The notes: generated by a model not told the origin, from the sequence alone. A stretch of DNA of 32,000 bases from a cyanobacterium endosymbiont of Braarudosphaera bigelowii (GCF_020885515.1 NZ_AP024987.1:1080001-1112000), one strand, 5' to 3'. Shown: positions 1 through 10,029, counted from the stretch's first letter. Made by a program: numbers and translations.

Positions 1-1
1 T

Positions 2-157
2 ACTCTAGCTAACAAAATCCAAAACAACGAAATGTTCATCGTTCCTACTCCTATCTCAATGGAAGAACTTGAAGAACTACTAGTTGACTTTGGTATTCTT
101 GGTGGTGAAGACGAATACGAAAAAGCTCTTGAAGCTGATAAAGCTTCTGGCAAATAA
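2..157 (+). CDS. nifH: Nitrogenase iron protein NifH, C-terminal fragment (5' part outside window)
   Basis: Open frame from base 2 to TAA at 155-157 translates to [51 protein letters not shown], a typical NifH C-terminus. It lies directly upstream of nifD. Confidence 0.95.
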   Translation, partial: TLANKIQNNEMFIVPTPISMEELEELLVDFGILGGEDEYEKALEADKASGK

Positions 158-325
158 TAGGTCGATCTAGTCACATAGATCTGAAAATATTCCAGGGCAA
201 AAGTAAATAGGAAATGGTAACTAGTTTTATTGTTGATTAATTATCAGCTTAAAATTAAACCGATTCTTTTGCCTTAAAATTTCCTTACTAAATTGTCCTT
301 TGTCTAAAACCTTAAGAGGATCATT

Positions 326-1768
326 ATGGCAACAGTCGAAGAAAATAAGAAGCTCATTGCCGACGTTTTGGCAACTTATCCTGCAAAAGCTGCTAAAAAA
401 CGTAATAAGCACCTTGGTGTTTATGAAGAAGGAGCTGATGATTGTGGTGTTAAATCCAACAAAGTATCTCTACCAGGTGTTATGACCGCTCGCGGTTGTG
501 CTTATGCTGGATCCAAAGGGGTAGTTTGGGGTCCTATTAAAGATATGATTCATATCTCTCATGGACCTGTTGGTTGTGGTTACTACTCTTGGTCTGGTCG
601 TCGTAACTACTACATCGGAGTAACCGGAGTAGATAGTTTCGGTACCATGAACTTCACATCTGACTTCCAAGAACGTGATGTTGTTTTTGGTGGAGACACA
701 AAACTAAGTCAACTTATTGACGAAGTTGAAATATTATTCCCTCTTAATGGTGGTATTTCAGTTCAATCAGAATGTCCTATTGGTTTAATTGGAGATGATA
801 TTGAAGCAGTATCTCGTGCAAAAACCAAAGAAATCGGCAAACAAGTTATTCCTGTTCGTTGCGAAGGATTCCGCGGAGTTTCTCAATCCTTAGGACATCA
901 CATTGCTAACGATGTGATTCGTGATTGGGTTTTCCCAGTTGCTGATAAAGAAATTGCTGAAAAAGGCAATGAAGGTACTCCTTATGATGTTGCTATCATT
1001 GGTGACTACAATATTGGTGGAGATGCTTGGTCCAGTCGTATTCTTTTAGAAGAAATGGGACTACGTGTTATTGCTCAGTGGTCTGGTGATGGTACCTTCA
1101 CTGAAATGAAAGCAACACCTAGCGTTAAGTTAAACCTAGTCCATTGCTACCGTTCCATGAACTACATTAGTCGTCACATGGAAGAAAAATACGGTATTCC
1201 TTGGTTAGAATACAACTTCTTTGGACCCAGCAAAATTATTGAATCTTTAAGAGCAATTGCTGAGCGTTTTGATGACACAATTCAACAAAAAGCTGAAGCA
1301 GTAATCGCTAAATATAAAGAGCAAGCTGATGGTATTATAGCTAAATATCGCCCTCGTTTAGAAGGCAAAACCGTCATGATGATGGTTGGTGGATTACGTC
1401 CTCGTCACGTTGTTCCTGCTTTCAAAGATTTGGGAATGGAAATCATCGGAACTGGATATGAGTTTGCTCATGGTGATGACTATAAACGTACTACTCACTA
1501 TGTTAAAGACGCTACCCTTATCTATGATGATGTTACTGGTTATGAGTTCGAAGAATTTGTTAAAGAACTTAAGCCTGATTTAGTAGCTGCAGGAATTAAA
1601 GAGAAGTATGTCTTCCAAAAAATGGCTCTTCCTTTCCGCCAAATGCACTCTTGGGATTATTCAGGTCCTTACCACGGTTATGATGGCTTTGCTATCTTTG
1701 CACGTGATATGGATTTAGCCCTTAACAATCCTACTTGGGGACTAGTTGGAACCCCTTGGAATAAATAA
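326..1768 (+). CDS. nifD: Nitrogenase molybdenum-iron protein alpha chain
   Basis: 480 aa ORF with NifD hallmarks ([33 protein letters not shown]; [18 protein letters not shown]; [19 protein letters not shown]). Confidence 0.98.
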   Translation: MATVEENKKLIADVLATYPAKAAKKRNKHLGVYEEGADDCGVKSNKVSLPGVMTARGCAYAGSKGVVWGPIKDMIHISHGPVGCGYYSWSGRRNYYIGVTGVDSFGTMNFTSDFQERDVVFGGDTKLSQLIDEVEILFPLNGGISVQSECPIGLIGDDIEAVSRAKTKEIGKQVIPVRCEGFRGVSQSLGHHIANDVIRDWVFPVADKEIAEKGNEGTPYDVAIIGDYNIGGDAWSSRILLEEMGLRVIAQWSGDGTFTEMKATPSVKLNLVHCYRSMNYISRHMEEKYGIPWLEYNFFGPSKIIESLRAIAERFDDTIQQKAEAVIAKYKEQADGIIAKYRPRLEGKTVMMMVGGLRPRHVVPAFKDLGMEIIGTGYEFAHGDDYKRTTHYVKDATLIYDDVTGYEFEEFVKELKPDLVAAGIKEKYVFQKMALPFRQMHSWDYSGPYHGYDGFAIFARDMDLALNNPTWGLVGTPWNK

Positions 1769-1878
1769 AAAAGGCTGAATGTGGAGGATGAGGAGATTTT
1801 TTATCCCCTCTCCCTTCCCCTCCCCCCTTTTCTAAGGATTCTTTGTCCGAGACACACATCCACACGGAGTTACTAAAG

Positions 1879-3411
1879 ATGGCCCAAAACGTAAATAAAA
1901 TTAAAGATCACGTCGAACTATTTCACCAGCCTGAGTATAAAGAACTGTTTGCTAATAAAAAACAGTTTGAAGGAATGCCTACTGCTGAAAAAGTTAAAGA
2001 AGTTGCTGAATGGACTAAAAGCTGGGAATACCGTGAGAAAAACTTCGCACGTGAAGCTCTTACTGTTAACCCTGCTAAAGGTTGTCAGCCTTTAGGAGCT
2101 TTACTTGCTGCAGTTGGATTCGAAGGAACCCTACCTTTTGTTCATGGATCTCAAGGTTGTGTTTCTTACTTCCGTACTCACTTAACTCGTCACTTTAAAG
2201 AGCCTGTTAGTGCTGTATCTTCTTCCATGACTGAAAACGCTGCTGTTTTCGGTGGACTAAGCAACATGGTTGATGGTTTACAAAATGCTTATGCTCTTTA
2301 TAAGCCTAAAATGATTGCTGTTTGTACTACTTGTATGGCAGAAGTAATCGGAGACGATTTAGGTTCTTTTATCGGAAATGCTCGTGTTGACGGTGTAATT
2401 CCTGCAGAGCTACCTATTCCTTTCGCTCATACTCCTAGTTTTGTTGGATCACATGTTAACGGATACGACCACATGATGAAATCCATCTTGACTACCTTAG
2501 GTGAAGGTAAAAAAGGTGACAAAAACGGTAAAATTAACTTTATGCCTGGATTCGAAACCTATATGGGGAATCTTCGCGAACTTAAAAAGTTAATTGCTGC
2601 TTTAGGTGTAAATGGAACTATTCTAAGTGATACCGAAATGTACTTAGATTCTCCAAACTTAGGAGAATTCTCTATGTACCATGAAGGAACATCTTTAGAA
2701 GATGCTGCTGATGCTTGTAATGCAGAAGCTACTATTTCTCTTCAAGCTTACACAACTCCTAAAACCCTTGCTTATATGGGTAAAAAATGGGGTCAAAAAA
2801 CTTGCGTTCACCGCCCTTGGGGTATCAAGGCAACTGATGAATTTCTAATGACTTTATCTCAGTTGACTGGAAATCCTATTCCTAAGGAACTTGAAATTGA
2901 ACGTGGACGTGCTGTAGATGCTATGACTGATACTCAAGCATGGCTTCATGGTAAAACTGCTGCAGTTTTCGGTGATCCTGATACAGTAATGGGATTATTA
3001 CAGTTTATGTTAGAAATGGGTATTGAACCTGTTCATATCCTAGTACATAATAGTAATGATAAGTTCGAAGAAGAAGCAAGAGATCTTTTAGCTTCTAGTC
3101 CTTATGGACAACAAGCAACAGTTTGGGGTTATAAAGATCTATGGCACTTACGTTCTTTATTATTCACCGAACCTGTTGACTTCATGATCGGTAATTCCTA
3201 CGGTAAATATTTAGAAAGGGATACTGAAATTCCTCTAATCCGTATAGGATATCCTATCTTTGATCGTCATCACTTACATCGTTATTCAACCATTGGATAC
3301 GGAGGTGCTATTAACCTTCTTAACTGGATTGCTAACGGAGTTCTTGATGCCCTAGATCGTAGAACAGATATTGCTGGAGAAACAGATATCTCCTTCGACT
3401 TAGTTCGTTAA
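1879..3411 (+). CDS. nifK: Nitrogenase molybdenum-iron protein beta chain
   Basis: NifK hallmarks (PLGALLAAVGFEGTLPFVHGSQGCVSYFRTHLTRHFKEP; CTTCMAEVIGDDL). ORF track begins at a TTG (1843), but ATG at 1879 preceded by GGAG (MAQNVNKIKDHVELF) is the more likely start. Confidence 0.96.
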   Translation: MAQNVNKIKDHVELFHQPEYKELFANKKQFEGMPTAEKVKEVAEWTKSWEYREKNFAREALTVNPAKGCQPLGALLAAVGFEGTLPFVHGSQGCVSYFRTHLTRHFKEPVSAVSSSMTENAAVFGGLSNMVDGLQNAYALYKPKMIAVCTTCMAEVIGDDLGSFIGNARVDGVIPAELPIPFAHTPSFVGSHVNGYDHMMKSILTTLGEGKKGDKNGKINFMPGFETYMGNLRELKKLIAALGVNGTILSDTEMYLDSPNLGEFSMYHEGTSLEDAADACNAEATISLQAYTTPKTLAYMGKKWGQKTCVHRPWGIKATDEFLMTLSQLTGNPIPKELEIERGRAVDAMTDTQAWLHGKTAAVFGDPDTVMGLLQFMLEMGIEPVHILVHNSNDKFEEEARDLLASSPYGQQATVWGYKDLWHLRSLLFTEPVDFMIGNSYGKYLERDTEIPLIRIGYPIFDRHHLHRYSTIGYGGAINLLNWIANGVLDALDRRTDIAGETDISFDLVR

Positions 3412-3762
3412 TCTTAAGGAAGTTTGGATATGAGGGAGACTAGGAGAAATTCAGGGGGAACATTAATAAGCTTCCCCTCTCCCCTCTCTCCTCTTCCTAT
3501 TATAATTTTCTATATAAATTTATCGAGCTATAAAACTATTTTAATAGGTTATATTATTGACTCTTTTCATAAAACAAACAATGCTCTTCCAAAAAGCTCC
3601 TAAAATTTTGTCTATTTACAACTGTTATTAAATATTGGTAAGAAAAACATAACCTGTTAAGAAAATATACACTTGTTATTCTTATAACAAATTATTTATT
3701 ACTTTGTTATGTCATCTAAATTATGAGTTTAAGCATTTCTGTAGTAGTTATAGGAAATTTAT

Positions 3763-5133
3763 ATGAAACTTACAAAAGCAAAGATTAATGATTTACTGAC
3801 ACAGCCAGAATGTGAGCATAATCTTAATAAAGGAAGTCAAGGTAAAAATAAGGCTTGTGCTCAACAATCTCAGCCTGGCTCTGCTCAAGGAGGATGCGCT
3901 TTTGATGGAGCATCTATTACACTTGTGCCAATTACTGACGCGGCTCATTTAGTTCATGGTCCTATTGCCTGTTCAGGTAATAGTTGGAATAGTCGCGGTA
4001 GTTTATCTAGTGGACCAATGCTTTATAAGATGGGATTTACCACTGATATATCTGAAAATGATATAATTTTCGGAGGCGAAAAAAAGCTTTATAAAGCTGT
4101 TACTCAAATTATTAATAATTTCAATCCAGCTGCAGTTTTCGTTTATTCAACTTGCATTACCGCACTTATAGGAGATGATCTAGATGCAGTATGTAAAGCA
4201 GCAACAAATAAATATCAAATACCCGTAATTCCAGTTCATTCTCCAGGATTTGTGGGCAGTAAAAATTTCGGTAATCGTTTAGGAGGAGAGGCTCTATTAC
4301 AACATGTAATTGGAAGCAAGGAACCTAAATATACAACTCCTTACGATATTAATATAATCGGAGAGTATAATATTGCTGGCGAAATGTGGGCAGTCACCAC
4401 TTTACTTGAAAAGTTGGGAATTAGAGTCTTAGGAAAGATGACAGGTGATGCAAGATACGAAGATATTTGTTCTGCGCATAGAGCAAAGTTAAACGTGATG
4501 ATCTGTTCTAAAGCCCTTATAAATGTAGCTTCTTCAATGAAAGAGAAATATAGCATCCCTTATATTGAAGAGTCTTTTTACGGAATAGATGATATGAACC
4601 TTTGTTTACGCAACATAGCGAAGTTTTTTGAAGATACTCAACTAATTGAACGTACCGAAAAGATTATCGAGGAAGAAGTCTCCAAGCTAAATATTCAATT
4701 AGAACCCTATAGAAAAAAACTGAAAGGAAAGCGAATGGTTTTATATACTGGAGGTGTTAAAAGTTGGTCTATCGTATCAGCAGCACAAAATTTAGGTATG
4801 AAAGTAGTGGCTACCAGTACTAAAAAGAGTACGGAAGAAGATAAGTCACGTATTAAAAATCTTCTAGGTGAAGATGGCATTATGCTTGAGAAAGGTAGTC
4901 CAGAAGAGTTATTAAAAGTAATAAAAAAAACGAAAGCGGATTTGCTAGTAGCAGGAGGAAGGAATCAATATACTGCTCTTAAAGCAAAAATACCCTTTTT
5001 AGATATTAACCAAGAACGTCATCATCCCTATGCAGGTTACATTGGTATGGTTGAAATGGCTAGAGAATTAAGTGAAGCAGTTTATAGTCCAATTTGGAGA
5101 CAGGTTAGAAAGCCTGCACCCTGGGATCAATGA
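3763..5133 (+). CDS. nifE: Nitrogenase FeMo-cofactor scaffold protein NifE
   Basis: 456 aa ORF with NifD/NifE-like motifs (GCAFDGASITLVPITDAAHLVHGPIACSGNSW; STCITALIGDDLDAVCK; GEYNIAGEMW), located after nifK. Confidence 0.96.
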   Translation: MKLTKAKINDLLTQPECEHNLNKGSQGKNKACAQQSQPGSAQGGCAFDGASITLVPITDAAHLVHGPIACSGNSWNSRGSLSSGPMLYKMGFTTDISENDIIFGGEKKLYKAVTQIINNFNPAAVFVYSTCITALIGDDLDAVCKAATNKYQIPVIPVHSPGFVGSKNFGNRLGGEALLQHVIGSKEPKYTTPYDINIIGEYNIAGEMWAVTTLLEKLGIRVLGKMTGDARYEDICSAHRAKLNVMICSKALINVASSMKEKYSIPYIEESFYGIDDMNLCLRNIAKFFEDTQLIERTEKIIEEEVSKLNIQLEPYRKKLKGKRMVLYTGGVKSWSIVSAAQNLGMKVVATSTKKSTEEDKSRIKNLLGEDGIMLEKGSPEELLKVIKKTKADLLVAGGRNQYTALKAKIPFLDINQERHHPYAGYIGMVEMARELSEAVYSPIWRQVRKPAPWDQ

Positions 5134-5229
5134 AGAAAAAGAAACTAACAAGGCATTATAATCCCGATTTTTCATATACTAAAACTTCTGAATGAAAACA
5201 CTAAACCCCTGGAAAAGGAGTGACAGATA

Positions 5230-6591
5230 GTGACCACGATCGTAAATCCCAATAAATCTTTATCAGTTAACCCATTAAAGATGAGCCAACCCTTAGGAGC
5301 AGCTCTAGCTTTTCTTGGTTTAAATAAGATGATGCCATTGTTTCATGGATCACAAGGATGTACGGCCTTTGCCAAGGTTGTCTTAGTACGTCATTTCCGT
5401 GAATCTATTCCTCTTTCAACAACTGCTATGACGGAAATTAGCACAATCTTAGGTGGAGAGGAGAATATCGAACAAGCCATTCTAACTATTATGGACAAGT
5501 ATAAACCTGAAGTTATAGGTCTTTTGACTACAGGTTTAACAGAAACTAGAGGGGATGACATGAATCGTATCCTTTTAACGATCAAAGAAAAACATCCACA
5601 TTTACGCTCTTTCCCAATTATCTTAGTTTCTACTCCAGATTATAAAGGTTCGCTACAAGATGGATATAGTGCTGCAGTTGAAAGTATCGTATCTACTGAC
5701 TATGGTGATCCCATCCAAGATAAATTATGTTCGACAAACATAAAATCTCAAGTTAACGTTTTATGTGCTTCCTATCTTTCTCCTGGTGATGTTGAAGAAA
5801 TTAAAGTCACTATTGAATCATTCGGATTAGTACCAATAATGATTCCTGATTTGTCTTGCTCCTTAGACGGTCATGTAGAAGATGAATATCATACTACAAC
5901 TACTGGAGGAACTAGTCTACAACAATTAAGGCAATTAAAGCACTCCTGCCTTACATTAGCAATTGGCGAAAGTATGACGAAAGCTGCAATAGTTTTAGAG
6001 AAACGCTTTGGTACAAAATATGAAGTATTTCCTAGCCTGGCTGGTTTAGATGCAATAGACTCTTTCTTGTGGAAACTTTCCCAGTTTGTTACAAGTGATA
6101 ATAATGATCAATTAATATCACAAGCAATTCCTTCACGTCTTAAAAGGCAACGTCGTCAATTGCAAGATGTTATTCTTGATACTCATTTTTATTTTGGCGG
6201 AAAGAAAATTTCTCTTGCTTTAGAGCCAGACCTACTGTACCAAACGTCATGGTTGTTAACAGAGATGGGAGCAGAAATCCAAGCTGCTGTAACCACATCC
6301 GAATCATCTATATTAAAAGAATTACCTTTTGATACTGTAGTTATTGGCGATTTAAAAGATTTAGAAGAGTTAGCACCTGGAAGTGATTTAATAATCACAA
6401 ATAGTCATGGTACATCTCTAGCTGATGAATTTAAAATACCTTTGTATCGTATGGGATATCCTGTTTATGATCGTTTAGGTATGGGACAGCGTTGTTTGAT
6501 AGGATATTCTGGTACTATGAGGTTTTTATTTGATGTTGGTAATCTTCTTATGGAAGAAGAGGCTAAACATAACCCTATAACTTTACACTAA
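5230..6591 (+). CDS. nifN: Nitrogenase FeMo-cofactor scaffold protein NifN
   Basis: 453 aa ORF with NifN-like N-terminus (NPLKMSQPLGAALAFLGLNKMMPLFHGSQGCTAFAKVVLVRHF). GTG start. Confidence 0.95.
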   Translation: MTTIVNPNKSLSVNPLKMSQPLGAALAFLGLNKMMPLFHGSQGCTAFAKVVLVRHFRESIPLSTTAMTEISTILGGEENIEQAILTIMDKYKPEVIGLLTTGLTETRGDDMNRILLTIKEKHPHLRSFPIILVSTPDYKGSLQDGYSAAVESIVSTDYGDPIQDKLCSTNIKSQVNVLCASYLSPGDVEEIKVTIESFGLVPIMIPDLSCSLDGHVEDEYHTTTTGGTSLQQLRQLKHSCLTLAIGESMTKAAIVLEKRFGTKYEVFPSLAGLDAIDSFLWKLSQFVTSDNNDQLISQAIPSRLKRQRRQLQDVILDTHFYFGGKKISLALEPDLLYQTSWLLTEMGAEIQAAVTTSESSILKELPFDTVVIGDLKDLEELAPGSDLIITNSHGTSLADEFKIPLYRMGYPVYDRLGMGQRCLIGYSGTMRFLFDVGNLLMEEEAKHNPITLH

Positions 6592-6647
6592 GATAGAAAT
6601 TATAAAGTAAAGTTTTCGCTTAATTTCATTTATCTGAGAGGAAGAAT

Positions 6648-7046
6648 ATGAAAGTCGCATTTACAACTAGTGATAATGTTCATGTCAATGCTCATTTCGG
6701 ATGGGCAAAAAATATTGACTTATACGAGGTATCACCTGATGGTTTTAGTTTTATTAGTACATTAGAATTTGGCGGTGATTTAAAGGAAGATGGTAATGAG
6801 GATAAATTAGTGCCTAAAATCGAGGCATTGAAAGGTTGCACATTACTATATGTCTCTGCTATCGGAGGTAGTGCTGCTGCACGTCTTATAAATAGGAATG
6901 TCACCCCTATTAAAGCACGAACAGATCAAGATAAAATTGATGATATCTTAAATGAGTTGGTTAAAACACTAAAAGGTAATCCTCCTCCTTGGTTACGTAA
7001 AATTCTTCTTCAAGATAGTAAGCCTATTAACTTTGAAGATGACTAA
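6648..7046 (+). CDS. nifX: Nitrogen fixation protein NifX
   Basis: 132 aa, MKVAFTTSDNVHVNAHFGWAKNIDLYEV, dinitrogenase iron-molybdenum cofactor-binding fold, immediately after nifN. Confidence 0.93.
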   Translation: MKVAFTTSDNVHVNAHFGWAKNIDLYEVSPDGFSFISTLEFGGDLKEDGNEDKLVPKIEALKGCTLLYVSAIGGSAAARLINRNVTPIKARTDQDKIDDILNELVKTLKGNPPPWLRKILLQDSKPINFEDD

Positions 7047-7657
7047 TAGAATAAATGGAGTAAAACATTTCTAAAAGTATGACAACCGGAATCTTCTCTA
7101 ACATCAAAAAATCTATTGGAGATATATTAATTAAGATAGATTTTAAGCTTCTTCACATTTGAATATGGTTTCAATTTATTTTTAAATAAAGAAAGAAGTT
7201 TAGATAAAAGAAGAGATCGTCGTTATTAGCATACTAAGAATTACTTGTTTATATTAGAGAATCTATAGAGTCTGTAAATTAATTGACATAAAAGCAAATA
7301 CGCTATGTTAAGCTAATTCTTTTAGGATAAATACTATGAAAAGTATTACTAAATAGTCCGTTAAAGATATTTAATCATAGTTTGTTGCAAGAGGTTTTTA
7401 TTTTAGGACCTCGAGAAAATAAAGTAACTTAGAATTATAAGTAATAGATTTTTATATTAATTTAATACAAAAAATCTTTATTTCTTAATACTCTAACTAA
7501 CGATAATTTTCAAAAAGCGATATCTAGCTTTTTATCTATATCTTTGATTTACTAGATTATAATTGAAGGACAAAGTAAATCAAACTTTTACTTTTAAACC
7601 TCTAATTTTCGGTAACTAGTCAATATTTTTTATACACTATTCTATGAGGAAAATATT

Positions 7658-7885
7658 GTGGTAAATGATAATAGTGCCCCTACTCCTGATGAGATAGCAG
7701 ACTTAAAAAAAGCAGTTCGAAAGTTAAATTCAAGAGCTGGCGAAATGAAAATGGATTTACATGATCTTGCAGAAGGATTGCCTGTAGACTATGAGATTCT
7801 TTTAGAAACTGCTAAGAAAACATACGATGTTTTTCATGACTTAGACCAATTGAAGAGAAAACTTATTTCTTGGGAGAAAACTTAA
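7658..7885 (+). CDS. Small nif-cluster protein, DUF683/CCE_0567-like
   Basis: 75 aa helical acidic/basic protein (LKKAVRKLNSRAGEMKMDLHDLAEGLPVDYEILLETAKKTYDVFHDLDQLKRKL). Adjacent to nifW, a position typical of this family. Family assignment is from memory of the sequence pattern. Confidence 0.8.
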   Translation: MVNDNSAPTPDEIADLKKAVRKLNSRAGEMKMDLHDLAEGLPVDYEILLETAKKTYDVFHDLDQLKRKLISWEKT

Positions 7886-7886
7886 A

Positions 7887-8255
7887 ATGACCATTCCTAA
7901 TAACGCACCGAAAACATTAGCTGAATTCATAAAACTTACTAATACAGAAGATTATTTACAGTTTTTTGATATTGATTATGATCCAACCTTTGTTAATGTA
8001 AATCGCCTTCATATTCTTAAACAGTTCTCTATATTAGTAGCAGAAATAAATAGAGTTTTTCCAGATATAGATGATATGGAAAAACTGGCAAAATATAAGG
8101 TAGCATTTGAAGAATCTTATCAATTGTTTAAGACTTCTACCCCTCTAGATACTAAATTATTTAAAGTTTTTAAAGATGCTCCTAATAATGTTGTTTTATT
8201 AGAGGATCTAAGCATTGATGAAACAGATTGGACAAAAGATTCTGGTATTCTCTAA
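7887..8255 (+). CDS. nifW: Nitrogenase-stabilizing/protective protein NifW
   Basis: 122 aa; NTEDYLQFFDIDYDPTFVNVNRLHILKQFS matches the NifW pattern. Starts 1 nt after the preceding ORF. Confidence 0.9.
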   Translation: MTIPNNAPKTLAEFIKLTNTEDYLQFFDIDYDPTFVNVNRLHILKQFSILVAEINRVFPDIDDMEKLAKYKVAFEESYQLFKTSTPLDTKLFKVFKDAPNNVVLLEDLSIDETDWTKDSGIL

Positions 8256-8263
8256 TTAATATT

Positions 8264-9010
8264 ATGGAATTTACTCCTACTGAATTAGAACGCTATTCAA
8301 GACAAATTCAGATTCCTGGGTTTGGAGAGGATGGGCAAAAACGGCTAAAAGATACAGTTGCTATTGTCACAGGTGTAGGTGGATTAGGAGGAACTGTTGC
8401 CTTATATCTAGCTGTTGCTGGTGTAGGTAAAATTGTTTTAGTTCGTGGGGGAAATCTACGCCTTGATGATCTTAATCGTCAGATATTAATGACTAATAGT
8501 TGGGTAGGCCAGCCTAGAGTTTATAAAGCCAAAGAAACTATTTTGAACATCAATCCTGATATTCACGTTGAAGTAATTCCTGAATTCGTTACTTCTGAAA
8601 ATATTGAGGATCTGGTAAGGAAATCTAATATTGCTTTTGACTGTGCTTTTGATTTTACCGAAAGAGATCTACTAAATACAGCTTGCGTTCGTTGGAAAGT
8701 TCCTATGATAGAAGCAGCTATGAGTGGTATGGAAGCATATTTGACAACTATTGTCCCTGGTGAAACGCCCTGTTTGTCATGTATTTTTCCAGAAAAGCCT
8801 AAGTGGGATAGATGGGGGTTTGGAGTTTTAGGCGCAGTTTCTGGTAGTTTGGCTTGCTTAGCAGCATTGGAAGGTATTAAACTTTTAACAGGAGTTGGAG
8901 AGACTCTGAAAGGTCAATTATTAACAATGGATCTAGGAAATACAACTTTTGCTAAACGTCGACCTTATCATGATCCTGAATGCCCCACTTGTGGTGGTTT
9001 AAAACGATAG
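8264..9010 (+). CDS. hesA: HesA/MoeB/ThiF family E1-like adenylyltransferase
   Basis: GVGGLGGTVALYLAVAGVGKIVLV nucleotide-binding motif and C-terminal CPTC. ORF track start 8228 overlaps nifW; ATG at 8264 (MEFTPTELERYSRQIQIPGFGEDGQKRL) is the canonical ThiF/HesA start. Confidence 0.93.
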   Translation: MEFTPTELERYSRQIQIPGFGEDGQKRLKDTVAIVTGVGGLGGTVALYLAVAGVGKIVLVRGGNLRLDDLNRQILMTNSWVGQPRVYKAKETILNINPDIHVEVIPEFVTSENIEDLVRKSNIAFDCAFDFTERDLLNTACVRWKVPMIEAAMSGMEAYLTTIVPGETPCLSCIFPEKPKWDRWGFGVLGAVSGSLACLAALEGIKLLTGVGETLKGQLLTMDLGNTTFAKRRPYHDPECPTCGGLKR

Positions 9011-9120
9011 GATTCTAATGATAATGCAATACAATAAAAGATAGATACTAAGAGTAAATATTTATTCTTATGATGATTCTTTGATTCTAACTCTTCATTA
9101 CCCTTAATATTCATAAAAAA

Positions 9121-9480
9121 ATGACTGTAACCCTAACTGAGAAAGCTACTATTCGACTTCAGTCCTTTCTGAAAAAACAATCAAATAAAGTTTCCGGCAT
9201 TCGTGTTGGGGTTAAAGATGGTGGTTGCAATGGTTATGAATACACTCTTAATCTAGTAGGGAAGCCAAATGAAAAGGATGTATGTTTTAATCAAAACAAT
9301 ATATCTATCTATGTTGACCCTAATAATATATCCTTACTAGAAGGGGTGGTTATTGATTTTGTAGATAGTCTAGTTAAAAGCGGATTTATCTTTACGAATC
9401 CTAATGCAACAGGTACTTGTGACTGCGGTAAGTCTTTCTCTACAGCAAACTGCGGTGGACAATCTACCCCTTGTAGCTAA
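9121..9480 (+). CDS. hesB: HesB/IscA family iron-sulfur assembly protein
   Basis: 119 aa; GVKDGGCNGYEYTLNL and C-terminal GTCDCGKSF, with the conserved Cys arrangement of A-type Fe-S carriers. Confidence 0.9.
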   Translation: MTVTLTEKATIRLQSFLKKQSNKVSGIRVGVKDGGCNGYEYTLNLVGKPNEKDVCFNQNNISIYVDPNNISLLEGVVIDFVDSLVKSGFIFTNPNATGTCDCGKSFSTANCGGQSTPCS

Positions 9481-9591
9481 TCGATAATTGGGATTAGCCA
9501 ATAAAAAGTTTGATAATTAGTATTATTCTCCTTTTTCAGAATAATATCTAAGAATCAATAACACATATTCAACATATAAGGAGAAACACTT

Positions 9592-9906
9592 ATGCCTAAA
9601 ACTTATGAAGTTCGATTAATTAAAGGGAAAAAGAACAAGCCCCCAGAAATGGATGTTACTCTTACACTTCCTGACAATGTTTATATAGTTGACTCTGCTG
9701 AAGACAATGGAGTTGAACTTCCTGCGACTTGTCGTACAGGTAATTGCTCCAACTGTGTTGGTCGTATGGTTGAAGGAGAAGTTGATCAGCTAGATCAAGC
9801 TTTTCTAACTGACAAACAAGTAAAAGATGGTTGGGTACTTCTTTGTGTAGCTTACCCTCGTTCTAACTGTACGATCAAAACTCATCAAGAGGCTTATTTA
9901 GTCTAA
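9592..9906 (+). CDS. fdxH: Plant-type [2Fe-2S] ferredoxin, FdxH-like
   Basis: 104 aa with CRTGNCSNC (CX4CX2C) plus the downstream Cys in [14 protein letters not shown]. Located after hesB as in other cyanobacterial nif clusters. Confidence 0.92.
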   Translation: MPKTYEVRLIKGKKNKPPEMDVTLTLPDNVYIVDSAEDNGVELPATCRTGNCSNCVGRMVEGEVDQLDQAFLTDKQVKDGWVLLCVAYPRSNCTIKTHQEAYLV

Positions 9907-9932
9907 ATTATTAGACTATTTATTCATTAAGA

Positions 9933-9956
9933 AAGTCGTAGCGCTAGCTACGGCTT
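9933..9956 (+). terminator. Hairpin downstream of fdxH (candidate terminator; overlaps an NtcA-like palindrome)
   Basis: aagtcgtagc (9933-9942), loop gcta, gctacggctt (9947-9956): 10 bp stem with one G.T pair, 26 nt after the fdxH stop, followed by weakly T-rich sequence. Confidence 0.5.
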
Positions 9957-10029
9957 CATATATTCTTATTTACAAACATTTGTTTACATTACACAAAGCT
10001 AAGTAATATGATTTTCGTCGAGGTTTGTG

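Noticed and set aside
227-670. Small antisense/alternate-frame ORFs 227..412(-), 300..485(+), 470..670(-)
   Set aside because: Overlap nifD or its upstream spacer, have low-complexity or implausible proteins, and are shadow ORFs of a strongly supported gene.
1386-1583. ORF 1386..1583(+) inside nifD
   Set aside because: Wholly inside nifD in another frame; no recognisable product.
1843-1878. N-terminal extension of the nifK ORF (MSETHIHTELLK) from a TTG start
   Set aside because: ATG at 1879 has a good GGAG ribosome-binding sequence and gives the usual MAQNV...KIKDHVELF N-terminus.
3673-3690. Small perfect inverted repeat ttgttat-tctt-ataacaa upstream of nifE
   Set aside because: 7 bp all-weak stem in very AT-rich DNA; expected by chance and matches no regulator consensus I could justify.
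4341-4556. ORF 4341..4556(-) inside nifE
   Set aside because: Antisense shadow ORF of nifE.
5391-6904. ORFs 5391..5585(-), 6189..6398(-), 6692..6904(-)
   Set aside because: Antisense to nifN/nifX with no independent support.
8228-8263. N-terminal extension of hesA overlapping nifW
   Set aside because: Extension residues (MDKRFWYSLINI) derive from the out-of-frame nifW 3' end. The ATG at 8264 gives the canonical HesA start.
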